Below are positions 51,224 through 62,566 of a stretch of DNA of 64,000 nt, piece after piece; the stretch's first letter is position 1; the number at the start of each line of letters is the position of its first letter. Source of the DNA: Parasitella parasitica NRRL 2501 (lineage: Eukaryota > Fungi > Mucoromycota). The DNA is taken from the NCBI GenBank assembly GCA_025201805.1, contig MU619250.1, positions 210,425 to 274,424 of the forward strand, read 5' to 3'. The translations under genes and the position numbers were made by a program. A model generated the notes under the pieces. It worked only from the letters and a program-made list of their open reading frames with translations, was not told the DNA's origin and made no database searches.

Positions 51224-52081
51224 CTAGAATTTTGCAATGACGACAACGCAGCCTACTAGTCCAAGAGATGCCAATATTCTCCAGATACTGTAAGTTCGCT
51301 TAGCCACTCCAACCAAAGCAAAATGATCAATTAGACAGGCCATGATGATCTACAGAAATTCAGATGAGTTTTACTTGAGCTTGCTGCATTTTACACAATT
51401 TTTTTACCTGCGCACAAACAAAGATACTATTGACAAATTAGCAAATACACAATAAATTAGCATGTAGATTCAAAATTGTGTACCTTAATACAGTTGCAGT
51501 GCCTAATCTTGGTACTGTTAGAATGTTGATGATGACATAGTATGCACCAAGGATACCGCCGATCCAGGCGTACCAAGGAGCAGTTCGAACATGATCACTC
51601 GGCAGTGGCCTCTTTCCAACAGTGACATCCACAGCAAAGAATATCAAACAACAAGCGACAGCCACTGAAAAGGAAATGACTGCTGAGAAGCCTCTTCCTC
51701 CGTACCGATTCAAAGTAGCATTGCAACCTTTCCTCCGAGAGATTTGGAGTGTTAAAATATACCGAAGATACAATGTTGCATCTAGTTATGTCCCTTACCT
51801 GCTTGAAAAGCGATGGCTATACCAGACAAGATCAACAGAAAACCAAAAAATATTGGTTTATCTAGTATTTTTTTCACTTTCTTTTGTACTGATTCGGCAG
51901 TCGAGGTTTTTGCTAATTGATGACCCAATTCAATGTCGTTGCAAACATCATCAGTTTCTGTTTTTGGTTGATCTTGTGTAACTACCGAGTTATGAGTCGC
52001 AGTAGATGAATCTGAATGTGCAAGATCACTTTCAATATTCTTGACTTGTACTTTGTCAGTCATGCTATCCATATTAGTCAT
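51224..52081 (-). CDS. DMT-superfamily transporter of YdcZ/DUF606 type. Exons 52081-51799, 51727-51484, 51426-51408, 51349-51224
   Basis: IAFQAGCNATL...SAVISF...PWYAWIGGILGAYYV...VPRLG...AQIIMACLIDHFALVG...R. Confidence 0.85.
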
Positions 52082-54166
52082 GGATGAAAGAAGTAACGCA
52101 GGTATATATGAGAAGAAAAAAAAAAAAAAGTGATGCTTAAACTGAGGATTTTCGGTTAGATGAGCAAGAAGTAAAATAATGTGATCCAGGCAGAAGTTAA
52201 AAAAAAAAAAAAAAAAACACACAAACTGTATTTATTTGATTTCCAAGATTGATCAGATGGGAAGAAGAAAGGGTTTTCTGTTTAGTGATTACTGGCACAA
52301 AAAGACTTTAGGAACAAGTATATCTTCCGCCCATGGGAACACTTGTTTGAAAAGTTTACCCAATATACCTTTCCACATTGAATATACGTTTGTGAAACAT
52401 ACGCATGCTCAAAAATTTAACAGTGGCAGGAAAAGGCGAAGAACCAGGCTTATTATTCTTTCAATGTCGAAAAAAATGCAATTTCTCTAAACAAAACAAA
52501 TGGAAGCAACATTTACATACTCTATTTAAGGGTTATACTTTTAGGTTAAACGTATGTGCTCAGTAAGCTGCGTAAATAGTATTTTTGAAGTCGTATATCG
52601 TATTGTTGGAATTATTGTTGATTGTAAAAGCACCCTGTATGCAGTAGAACTCATTGGATACCATATATTTTTGTCATGAAATTAAAGAGGTCAAATGGCT
52701 AGTATATAAGCAATTGTCGCAAGATAAATAGTATAGTTAAAACATAAATGTTAAAGAGTGGCATCTATACATCATGTTTAATTTAAAACTTGTGGAAATT
52801 GCAGAGAATTAATGTAGTCAGCCCCTAAATCGGAATTTGCTAATAATCTAGACCTATTCTTCTATTTGAAAAAAATCTAAAGACATCAAACTCGCCTAAC
52901 GGCAAATCAACCAAGCGACAGTGTTCCTGATTGATAGCATCATCAAATGTTTATTACAGTGTCTTGAGCAAATAAAACAATGAAACTGGCACAAAACCAT
53001 GAAATGCTTGCGATTATAGGGTCTTACTAATTGTTTCTGATTCATGGTTATTCAGATTTAGGCGTTGACATTATACCTAGAGTGCAGATATTTTACAGGT
53101 GATCGCAATATATAATAAAAGATTCAAGCATTTGATATATATGTTTATGGCTAATTACATCTCGGTTGTAAAAGCTAAAATGAAAAGACGCTAGACTTAT
53201 CGTAAACGGCTGTGATACAAATAGAAAGCATCGAATGCTTTGAGTATCAAAAATATGCCGTTGAAGAGGAGATGTTGTTATTTCATTGTTTGTACCTAAA
53301 TTCCTAGAAGTTTAATATATTCATTGTCTATGGGATCCAGTATTTTCATAATATAGGATAAGGCTAGAACAACATGCAATAAAAGTGCATGGCATGGCAT
53401 GACTAATAGTGGACACATACAAACATTCTGACGCATATGTCACCTTCATACGAAAACTTGTGGTACAGCTCCTTCTCTTCTGAACTGATCCGTATATTCT
53501 ATAAATATTGACAACAATCAAATGTTATTAGATTAATTAAATATGGCAAGATTATATTATAGATATCATATTGGATTATCATGCTATGGTCACATTGATT
53601 AAACAGTTGACATTTCTTAAGTAGATCTTTAGGTAAAAAGCGATTGAAATAACGTTAGATCGAGTCATTCTTTTTAGCTGTTATTGGTAGCACCAAGTGG
53701 TGCATTATCGTACAGGACCAGCATATGTCTTGTTTATATTTGGAAGCGTGTCATTATTATCAGAGAGCGATGAGGGATCATGATAACAATATAGTATGGA
53801 TTCATCATGGTATATATAAATATACAGGGATAGTTCATTGTTGTGCTGATCTCTACATGGCGAGGGAGCAAGAGCGCGTGTACTACAATAGCTAACCACT
53901 CAAGAAATGACATAATAATGATCTAGAGATGGGTACAGAACAACGGAAGCACTATCAAACAGAGTCTATTAATATCTACTGCCATCTTGAAGAGTCCGCA
54001 CTGAACCAATCAAAGCAACACGTCAAGTTCTCCAGGAGCACATATTGAATGCAGTATAAATGCACAGCTTTTTTTTTCTTTTCTTCACATTTGACATTTG
54101 TTTTTCTTTCTTCTTGCTCTTTCTACCTGGATAACAAAACTATACCCTATTTTTATTTGATAAACC

Positions 54167-54918
54167 ATGCAATCTAAAGCTTATATCGCCGCCTTCGCTG
54201 CCTTGATTTATCTCTTGGCTCAAGTAGATGCTGCCTGTACCTGTGACCCTAGTGATTCCACTTGTCTTCAACAGTGTGGTAAAGTGTATATATATATTGC
54301 ATTTAGTGAAATAACATCGATATTAATCCAATAATGCAGTGAGTGAAGGTCAAGGTTGTATTTCCGCATGTTCTGGCGATAACACATGTTACGACAAGTG
54401 CATCCAAGACTTCTGGCCCGGTCAGATCGAGGCTTCTTCCACAGTCTCTGAGAGCTTCGCCGCAACTGCTTCTGCTATTACTAGTGGTAGTGCTGCTGCT
54501 TCGTCTGCACCTGCTTCTGCTTCTACTGTTGTCCCCACTTCTGTTGTAGTAAGCGGTAGCTCTGCTGTTCCTTCCGCTACTGCTCTTTCTTCGATTGCTT
54601 CTGCCGCCTCTTCTGCTGTTTCCTCTATTGCAGGTGGTAAGTCCTATTTTTTTTTTTAGAAAAAAATGTCTTAGACATGTATACTGACAATACGATTATA
54701 CAGTCTCTAGCGCAATCCCAACTAGCATTGCTCCTCTCTCAAGCGCTGCTACTTTCTCACCTAACCCACCTACATCTTCTGTCGCACCTACCCAATCTAC
54801 CAGTGGAGCTAATTCCAAGCCTTTCCTGGTACCTGCTGTCGCCATTGGAGTCGCCTCTATTACAGTTATTGTTCAATTCTTCTTCTTGGCTCGCATGGGC
54901 ACCATGTTGTTCCATTAA
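54167..54918 (+). CDS. Secreted/cell-surface protein: signal peptide, 8-Cys domain, Ser/Ala/Thr stalk, GPI-like or TM tail. Exons 54167-54278, 54340-54636, 54704-54918
   Basis: MQSKAYIAAFAALIYLLAQVDA, then CTCDPSDSTCLQQCVSEGQGCISACSGDNTCYDKC, and SGA followed by a hydrophobic tail. TATAAA at about 54055. Confidence 0.85.
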
Positions 54919-55435
54919 GTTGCTTTTTTTTTTTCAACTTTTTATCTTTGTAAAAACTATAAACATATATTGGTTGATGACTTGATTAGTCAACCCCCTT
55001 TCTGTTCAGCACTATATATGAATAAAAATTACCCTTACATGAAATCAAACAATTATGTATTATTATTTAGGATCTAGGGATCCACATGCAATTTACTACT
55101 AAGCAGACAACGCTCCGAAACCCACGCTTATTTATATTATGTTGTCTAATTACCAAACCTTTTGTAAACAAAAACCTTGTGAGAATCAAAAATTATCTGA
55201 CAGTTGAGCATGAGAGATTGTTGATATTACTTTTTTGTAGTGGCACTTTATTTTTTTTCCAAAGTTTTTCTTGTCAAAGAGAAAGGAGAAAAAAGGGGTT
55301 AATAGAAGAAGTTTGCATTATATCTAGATTGATTAAGAGTTTCTGGTATTAAGGGAATATGTATAAAGTATATAAAGAAAAAGTCTAAACACGACGACAA
55401 AAAAAAAAAAAAAAAAAAAAAAAGGGAAAAGAGAT

Positions 55436-56113
55436 CTAGCTTATAATACATCGACTCTTCGATCTTGGCTTGTACGACTCAATGAATTTCAATTGCTTCT
55501 TGTTGATGGCTCCTCTACGACGTTCACGGATATATGACACTGCATCCAATGCAGGCATGCCATCTTCTATCAACGCAATGGCCACCAAAACAGGAGCTCT
55601 GGTTTTATATAAACAGAAATGTTAATTGCTAGTACATGCATACCATTGGTCCATTACAAACCTTCCTAATCCTGCCACACAATGCGTTGCAATACAGGGT
55701 AACTTTTCACCTGGTTTCTTTTCTTTTTCATCTGTCTGTTGCGCTTGGTTGTTGAATCTTGACTCAATCAACTGAAGCCACGCATCGACAATAGGTGCTG
55801 GTGGTGATTCGCCATCAGCAAACACAAAATCATGTACTTGTATGTCTTTATCGTTTAACGGCTCCTTGGGATAGGTAGCTTCACAGCAACGCACTACATC
55901 GGTTACGTTCCATCTTTCGAATTCCTACAACAATAATCAATTTCACGATCGACTCCATTATAGCATCCGTTCTGCTAATGTTACCGCAATGTATAAAGGC
56001 AGATTATTCGAACTAGGTGCATCTACGATCAGGAATCGCAAACCATTGTATTCAATGTAGGTTGGTGGGTTTATTAATGGTCTGTTTCCACCCGTGGTTC
56101 CTCGAGGATACAT
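55436..56113 (-). CDS. PTP4A: PRL (PTP4A) phosphatase. Exons 56113-55985, 55924-55662, 55598-55436
   Basis: [18 protein letters not shown]-loop [32 protein letters not shown], a polybasic tail and CAAX box CIIS. Confidence 0.93.
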
Positions 56114-57077
56114 GTTGCAAAAATATTTTTATGGGGTGAGAGGCAAGTTCTCGTTGTTGTTGATGTTTATCGGGGATTTGAATAGACAAAAAGATCACTG
56201 CTGCTTTGGCTTAGTTGTTCATCAAACAATGATAAAGAGAAAAGCTTACCGATGTATATCAATTTTGATATAAAGTACTAGACAATGAAAAAAAAAGAAG
56301 AAGAAAAATGGATAGCGAGAGCAAGAGAGAGAGAGAGAGAGATGGACGGCTGTAAATGCAAGTGTTCGTTGTTATTGCTGATGAGGATAAGAGAAAAAGA
56401 AGAGGGGAATCTACAATTATTACCAGATATTCCTTCTTAAATGAAAATAATACTTGCCTTAAAGTGCTGATCGTAGACAAGATAGTAGAAGGAAGATATA
56501 GCCTAAAAAATCATCAACCTGGATCTAACATGAAGTGAAGGAAAAAGAAAACTTCAGCGTTTCTTTCATTCTCTTCTTTTTTGGGTGTGTCTGGTCTGTT
56601 GACGACGTCGTATTGTATATATATAAACCACGGAGTACGAATGCTGGTCCTACTTGGGATACTCTATACCACCGTCTGCTTGTCCATTTGGCCTTATTAA
56701 ACAGGCTATTTTGTGATATGTTGCCTCTAAGAAGGCTATTAATATGTGCTATTGATTTATTTTAATGACTTGTATACTGGCTCTGATCAAATGCAAGTCT
56801 TTTTGGGATATTTCTTGGGGACGAATAGAAATCACTTATCTCAAACAAATCTTGTGTTGTGTTGCACTAAAATAACCCAAAAAAGAATTCCTTAAAAGTG
56901 CTCATCATAATAATGCTCATTGTTGACGACAGAAAATGGACATTTACTTCTTAAGACTAGGCTCGCTCAATATGGGGATTTATATTTAACATTGATGATT
57001 TTGTTATTCGAGTTTAATAATACGGGTATGCAACTGTTGATAAATAGTGTAGAATATTATGTATGAAGGTGTGGCAT

Positions 57078-58629
57078 TTATAACTTATAGATAAAAGTCT
57101 TGTTTTCACGATCTGTCAAGTCGTCATTGACATCAACGAAATCGTTGGTGGAGTTACTGGCAATCCTGATTTTGTTTTGTCTGGCCATGACCTGACGATT
57201 GACGAATAGAGAGACCAGGACAGCAGCGTTTGCAATACTGTAGATAATCATGCCAGTTTTGTAGATGGGTGCCTCATTTTCAAGCATCACCAAAGGACCT
57301 ACAAAGTTGCCCAATGTGAAAGCAATCATGTACATTGCGTTGTAAAAAATCTTTTTCGTGTATCCTGTGACATTGGCCGCAATGATTGTTAACAAAATAT
57401 TGTGAGTGCCTGCCATCGACCAGGCCAAAAGATAGCCCAAGAGCTTGACACCGCTTGATGGAAGAGCTGCCAAAAGTATAACACCTACTAATGACGAAGA
57501 TGTACACACAACAACAGCAAGATAAAGCTGGCCAGTTTTACGCGCTACGACAACCGCAATTATAGAAAAGATGGCAGAGACACAACCACTGCAAATCTGA
57601 AATAGGATTGATTCTTGGCTCTGCAGAAATCAAATGTTTAGTTATGTGCTTATTTTTGTTTAAATGATGCATGTTTCTACTTACTGTATATCCCATGCTC
57701 TTGACAATCAATGTATTGAATACAACGACACCGCCGGTCAGTAGATTGTTGAAAAAGCAGGCCAAGCAAACTAGCCATAGTCTCGCTTCTCGAAGAGCTT
57801 CCCATACATGATGCATTTTGATCTCCTTTACACGGACAACGCAGTTGTCTCGGGTTCTTTCCTCTACAATCAATTTTTCGTTTTCAGTGAGTCTAAACAT
57901 GTGAGATTGAGCTGTATCAGGGAGGAAAAAGAAGCACAGAATGCCAAAGAGAACGGTCAAAGCGCCCCAGATAATATATGGCCATTTCCACGAGTGGATT
58001 CCTTGAGCATTGTCAATGTAAGAGATTCCATAAGCACATGCAGCTCCAATCATTGTGCCAGTTCCATTGCTGAGCCATAGAAAGCCATACGCAGCAGATT
58101 GCTCAGATCGACGATACACTGTGTTAAGCACAATCAGCAGGCATGGATAAGTGCCTGCTTCAAATAGACCCAGAAATACACGACAGACAACCAATTGCGC
58201 AAAATTGTGACACAGAGAAGTAAGAGCCATCACAATACCCCACAAAATAAGCAAGGTGCCAAGATATTTTGAGATTGGAAACTTTTGGATCAAGTAGTTA
58301 TTTGGGAGCTGAAAACAAATGTAGCCGAGATAAAAGAAAGAGCCTAGCCAGCTGTACTGCGACCCGGTGAGATGTGTGTCTTCGATAATACCCAACACAG
58401 CAGAAATACCAAGTGTTGATTTATCTACGAATTGGATAAAGACAATAGCACCAACGAACGGAAGCAGGGTCCAGTTTATCTTTTGTACCAGCTTCTTTTC
58501 TGCCTCGCTTTTTTGAAACGGGATTTGATCGCTAGAATCACCGCTGGCGTCTCCTTTGTTGCTGTAAACACTAGCTGCTTTTTCATCAACAAATGTGTCA
58601 ACATTATTCCCCTTTTCAGCTGTAGACAT
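57078..58629 (-). CDS. MFS anion:cation symporter, allantoate permease (Dal5-like) family. Exons 58629-57685, 57620-57078
   Basis: QFVDKSTL, YSWLGSFFYLGY, RVFLGLFEAG, SWKWPYIIWG, FFFLPD, NVTGYTKK and DLTDRENKTFIYKL. Confidence 0.92.
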
Positions 58630-60102
58630 GTTTAATTGAAAAGTATAGAACTTGGAAGAGAGAAAAAAAGGAAGGGTATTAAAAGGGCTTATTTTATACT
58701 CTCAGGAACAAACAGAGTGGGTAAAAAAAAAGCTGCTATAATGATGGTTTGTAGTTACTCATTCATATCCTAAATTCGCGTACACAAATTACTCTTTATA
58801 AAACGTCAGAAACGAAATATTCACACAGATCGTTCTTTTTTCCCCGCATTGGTGGCGACAAATCAGTGTGATTTCTTGAATATAAGCTTTTGACAATATG
58901 TATTTCCCATTTGGACTCTTTGTATTGTATGAAGTCCGGATAAAATGCGTCGAAAAAGAAATACAAGAATGTATTCGAAGGATTTTCTCATCAGCTTAAA
59001 AGCTCTGTATACACAATTGAAAAAATAAAAAGACAAAAAAGGATTTGAATATGATAGCAAACGCTAGGTGTGGATCAGAAAGAAGTATGTAGAAAAGTGA
59101 AATAAGCCCCATTTATATATACAACATCATCTCCTGATGAAATTAGATGATAAAAGCCATGTACAGTTACATTATATGTACATAATTAAAGTTTGCTGGG
59201 CTATCTTACAACACAGAATTTTTTGTAGTATTTAAATGTGTTTAATGCCCATCATTGATTCATACAAGCTTTTGTCTGCATGTTGCATTATCGTAAATAT
59301 TTCCTACTGGCAGGGTACATTTCCCATCGGATTCTTATCCGATACGGAATAACTTCCAATATTGATCATTACTGTTTTCATTCATGTCAAATTCACACAC
59401 AAATATGCTTATTCTCGGATAAAACGCTCTGTTTGGATTGGAGGTGCATTCCAAAAACCATCATCTCCGGGACACCTTGTTCTTGTCATGCTTCCTCTTG
59501 TTTCTCTGAACAATCATGATTACCACATTGGCATTGTGTGCGTTTTTATGGAATTACACATCATAGCAACTGGAAAACTATATGAATCATGCGCCTTGTT
59601 ATATATCGCAGCTAAAATCGATCTGGTGTAAAACACATCTATTCTCCTATGTAGTTATTATATTTGATCAAATTCAGAGCAAATTTTTCGTATTTCAACA
59701 AATGAACAAATAATTTGATCTAAAACTTTTATCATCATTTGAGAAGAGACGAACGGGAGACATGTCCAGGACTGTCGTTTTAAGGATAAACAGAAATAGA
59801 CGGTATTACAACCACAACTTGGAGTTAATAGAAACCCAAGGTATGGCTCTCAAATCACCTGGCAACAAGGGGCTTTTTCTTTAATGGGGTTTTAAAGCTT
59901 GTGGATGTGTGTGGAACTGACTCTGTCGGCCTAATTGCATGTTACACAACACGGCCACCAAAGACTCAATGTTTGCTATCCACACTGTGGCTCTCGACTA
60001 TGGATTTATTCGTAGGGTAATTACTAGGGAGCACCGGTACTAAAATGCAATCTAAATTTTTTATCTTTAATGATATAATTTGAAATGAAATGAAAAATGT
60101 GT

Positions 60103-61457
60103 CTATTTGCTGAACCATCCAGACCACTTATTTGACTCTGGTTGTCTTGCTTCAGTCCACATGAATGTGCCTCCTCCACTGCCTCTTCCATTTCCTCGAG
60201 AATTCTCTCTAATTTGATGGATTTTGCGAATTAATGGCTCCCAAACATGTCTTTCGCCGTAATACGTATAGCCTAAACCTAAACTTGCACCTGCCAAATG
60301 TGCCTGATCACGAGATGGTTAGATACAAATACCAGTGTATCCAAAAAACAAAAAAGAAAAAAGAAAAAAAAAAAGCACAACTTACATAGTGGTCAAACAT
60401 TCTCCATTTAAGTATGATACCAGCGAGATCAAAACTCATCAAAGCAGGGAGTGCATACCTGTCAAAATATAGTGTTGAGACGATTGGGCAACTCGATATT
60501 CCGTTTTTAAATTTACCCCAGCTTGATTGGAACCATTGGCAAGAATATGAGACTGATACTGGAATTAGGATGCAGCACAGCAGTTGAAGCCACTAACCCG
60601 TAGATGGCACCACTTGCACCGAGACTAGGTAGCAACGGTCTTGAGTTGCGCAATGCCAAACTACAAGCATGACTGACCACATTAGCGCCAACGCCAATAC
60701 CCAGATACATGGCAACAAACTGTTCTCTGCCAAAGGTATCATGTACAACTCTTCCAAATGACCACAGACCCACCATGTTCAGCGCAAAATGAAACAATTC
60801 TTGATGAGAAAAGCAGCTGGTCAACAGCGTAATGTTTTGTCGGCTGCCTGGTAGATGTAGAAACCATTTCCTCATGAAGGGAGCAAGTCGAGGTATTTGC
60901 CAGCAGGCAAATACAACTGTGTTGATAGCAATCAGCCCAGCCAGGGTCTTTTCTGCCTCTGACATGCTAGCCACTTTCTCCCCTACAATCCAAACAGCTT
61001 GTTTGACATCTCGAGGCAAATTCATGGCGTTTAATCGACGGGCTAAGCTTTCCAGTAGATCCTGTCGTTTTTCAATCAGCATGTCTCTTTTCTCTCTCCA
61101 GAGATCGGCCAGGATGGATTCTTCAGTCGCTGTGCCGAAAAATGACCACTGATGGGCATGCTGGCGAAGGCGATCCCACAGCGTTTGTTGGTTTTTATCA
61201 AAGATAAGGCCAGCAGTAATAAATATGCCTGCTGTTAATGCAGTGCTGTACAAGATGGGCCCCGAGTATCTGACATGAGGAAGAGCGGGTTGTGAGGGTG
61301 GCTCAGCTTTGTTGATTGGTAATTTAATAATTGTTGAAGTGGGTACTGAAGGTCCATGTCGAGGAGGGCTGTACAAGATACGAGACGATGAGGCTAAAAA
61401 TCGACTATTCAGCAGCCTAATTGGCGCACTGCTCTTTCTTGTGAACTGTCGAAACAT
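60103..61457 (-). CDS. PCP1: Mitochondrial rhomboid protease (PARL/Pcp1). Exons 61457-60517, 60458-60386, 60303-60103
   Basis: Arg/Ser-rich presequence, FSHQELFHFALNM, catalytic SLGASGA and FDHYAHLAGA. Confidence 0.9.
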
Positions 61458-61657
61458 ACAAAGATAAAAATAAATAGAGCAAAGAGCTGCGAAGGTTTCC
61501 AATCATAGGGTTGCAAAAGAGTTTCTTTACATCCTACGGAGATCAAATAAAATGATTAGTGGTTCGTGTGTGTTTGCAATAAATCACACTCGATCACACT
61601 CGAGGCCTCTTTTTTGCTTGGAGTGCTCGTATCTTTCCTTTCACCTACTAAATACAC

Positions 61658-62537
61658 ATGTCCAGGTAACTAGAGCTGTCCAGAAGCTGGTCCACTTGAC
61701 TTTGACTCATACTTGATATTAGAAATCGTATAACAGCAGGCCCTAAATCAGTCGTTTGCCAAGAAACCGAGCTCAAGGGCGAAATCTCGATAGGTAATGA
61801 TAAAATACTGTCAGAAGCCAGTTTACCTTTACTAATTCTTCATTCCGACTCTGAATGAGTAGGCGCAGGTAAGAGACGCGAATAAAAGCCAACATTATGT
61901 ACCATAGTGTCTAAAAGAATGTCAAATCAAGGTACCGTGCTACACCCTCAATGCCGAGTCATCGCTGAGAATGGTCCTATCTATATTGGAAAAAACAACA
62001 TTATCGAAGAGAACGTCATTATATTCAACAAGTAAGCACTGCAAAGCACTGAAGTTACGTTTCTCATGACAACCATCCTTTTCGACAGAAACTCGACACC
62101 TTTGGTGATTGGAGACGATAATGAATTTGAAGTTGGATGTTGTTAGTGTCATCAATGACTCGTGCCATGGATACATTATGCTGATTACTTTTCTTTCTTC
62201 AGATGTTGAAGGCTCACGTATTGGAAATAATAACATTGTGGAATCAAGGGCTCGTATTGTAGGCAGTACCTCTGTTGGAAACTACTGTGTTATCGGATCA
62301 GCCTGTTCAACAGAGAGCAACGAAACCATTCCAGACCTCACGATTGTATACGGGGCACAGTCAAAAAGAAGAAATCAAAGTGAGCCATTAGCTGTAAAGT
62401 ACAATCTCATTATATACGATAAAGCTTTATTAATTTATACAACGTAGACTCAAGCAACCCTTCATGCCAGGCATTTAGACTATCTACGTGAAGTACTACC
62501 AAAATACAATCATCTGAAAAAACTGGAGTCATCATAA
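61658..62537 (+). CDS. DCTN6: Dynactin subunit 6 (p27). Exons 61658-61665, 61723-61793, 61863-61868, 61932-62031, 62089-62141, 62203-62393, 62448-62537
   Basis: VVCQETELKGEISIGAGTVLHPQCRVIAENGPIYIGKNNIIEE...IGDDNEFEVG...HLDYLREVLPKYNHL (left-handed beta-helix repeats). Confidence 0.92.
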
Positions 62538-62566
62538 AATACATATAAAATAAACCATTGTCATTT

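Noticed and set aside
41858-58629. Secondary-metabolite cluster (P450 pair + MFS + DMT)
   Set aside because: No backbone enzyme (PKS, NRPS or terpene synthase) is present, and unrelated genes intervene.
26704-62537. Functional clustering of cytoskeletal genes (ADF-H/PH, CLIP-170, DCTN6) or Mg-related genes (NIPA, PRL)
   Set aside because: The genes are interspersed with unrelated housekeeping genes over tens of kb and no shared regulatory element was seen.
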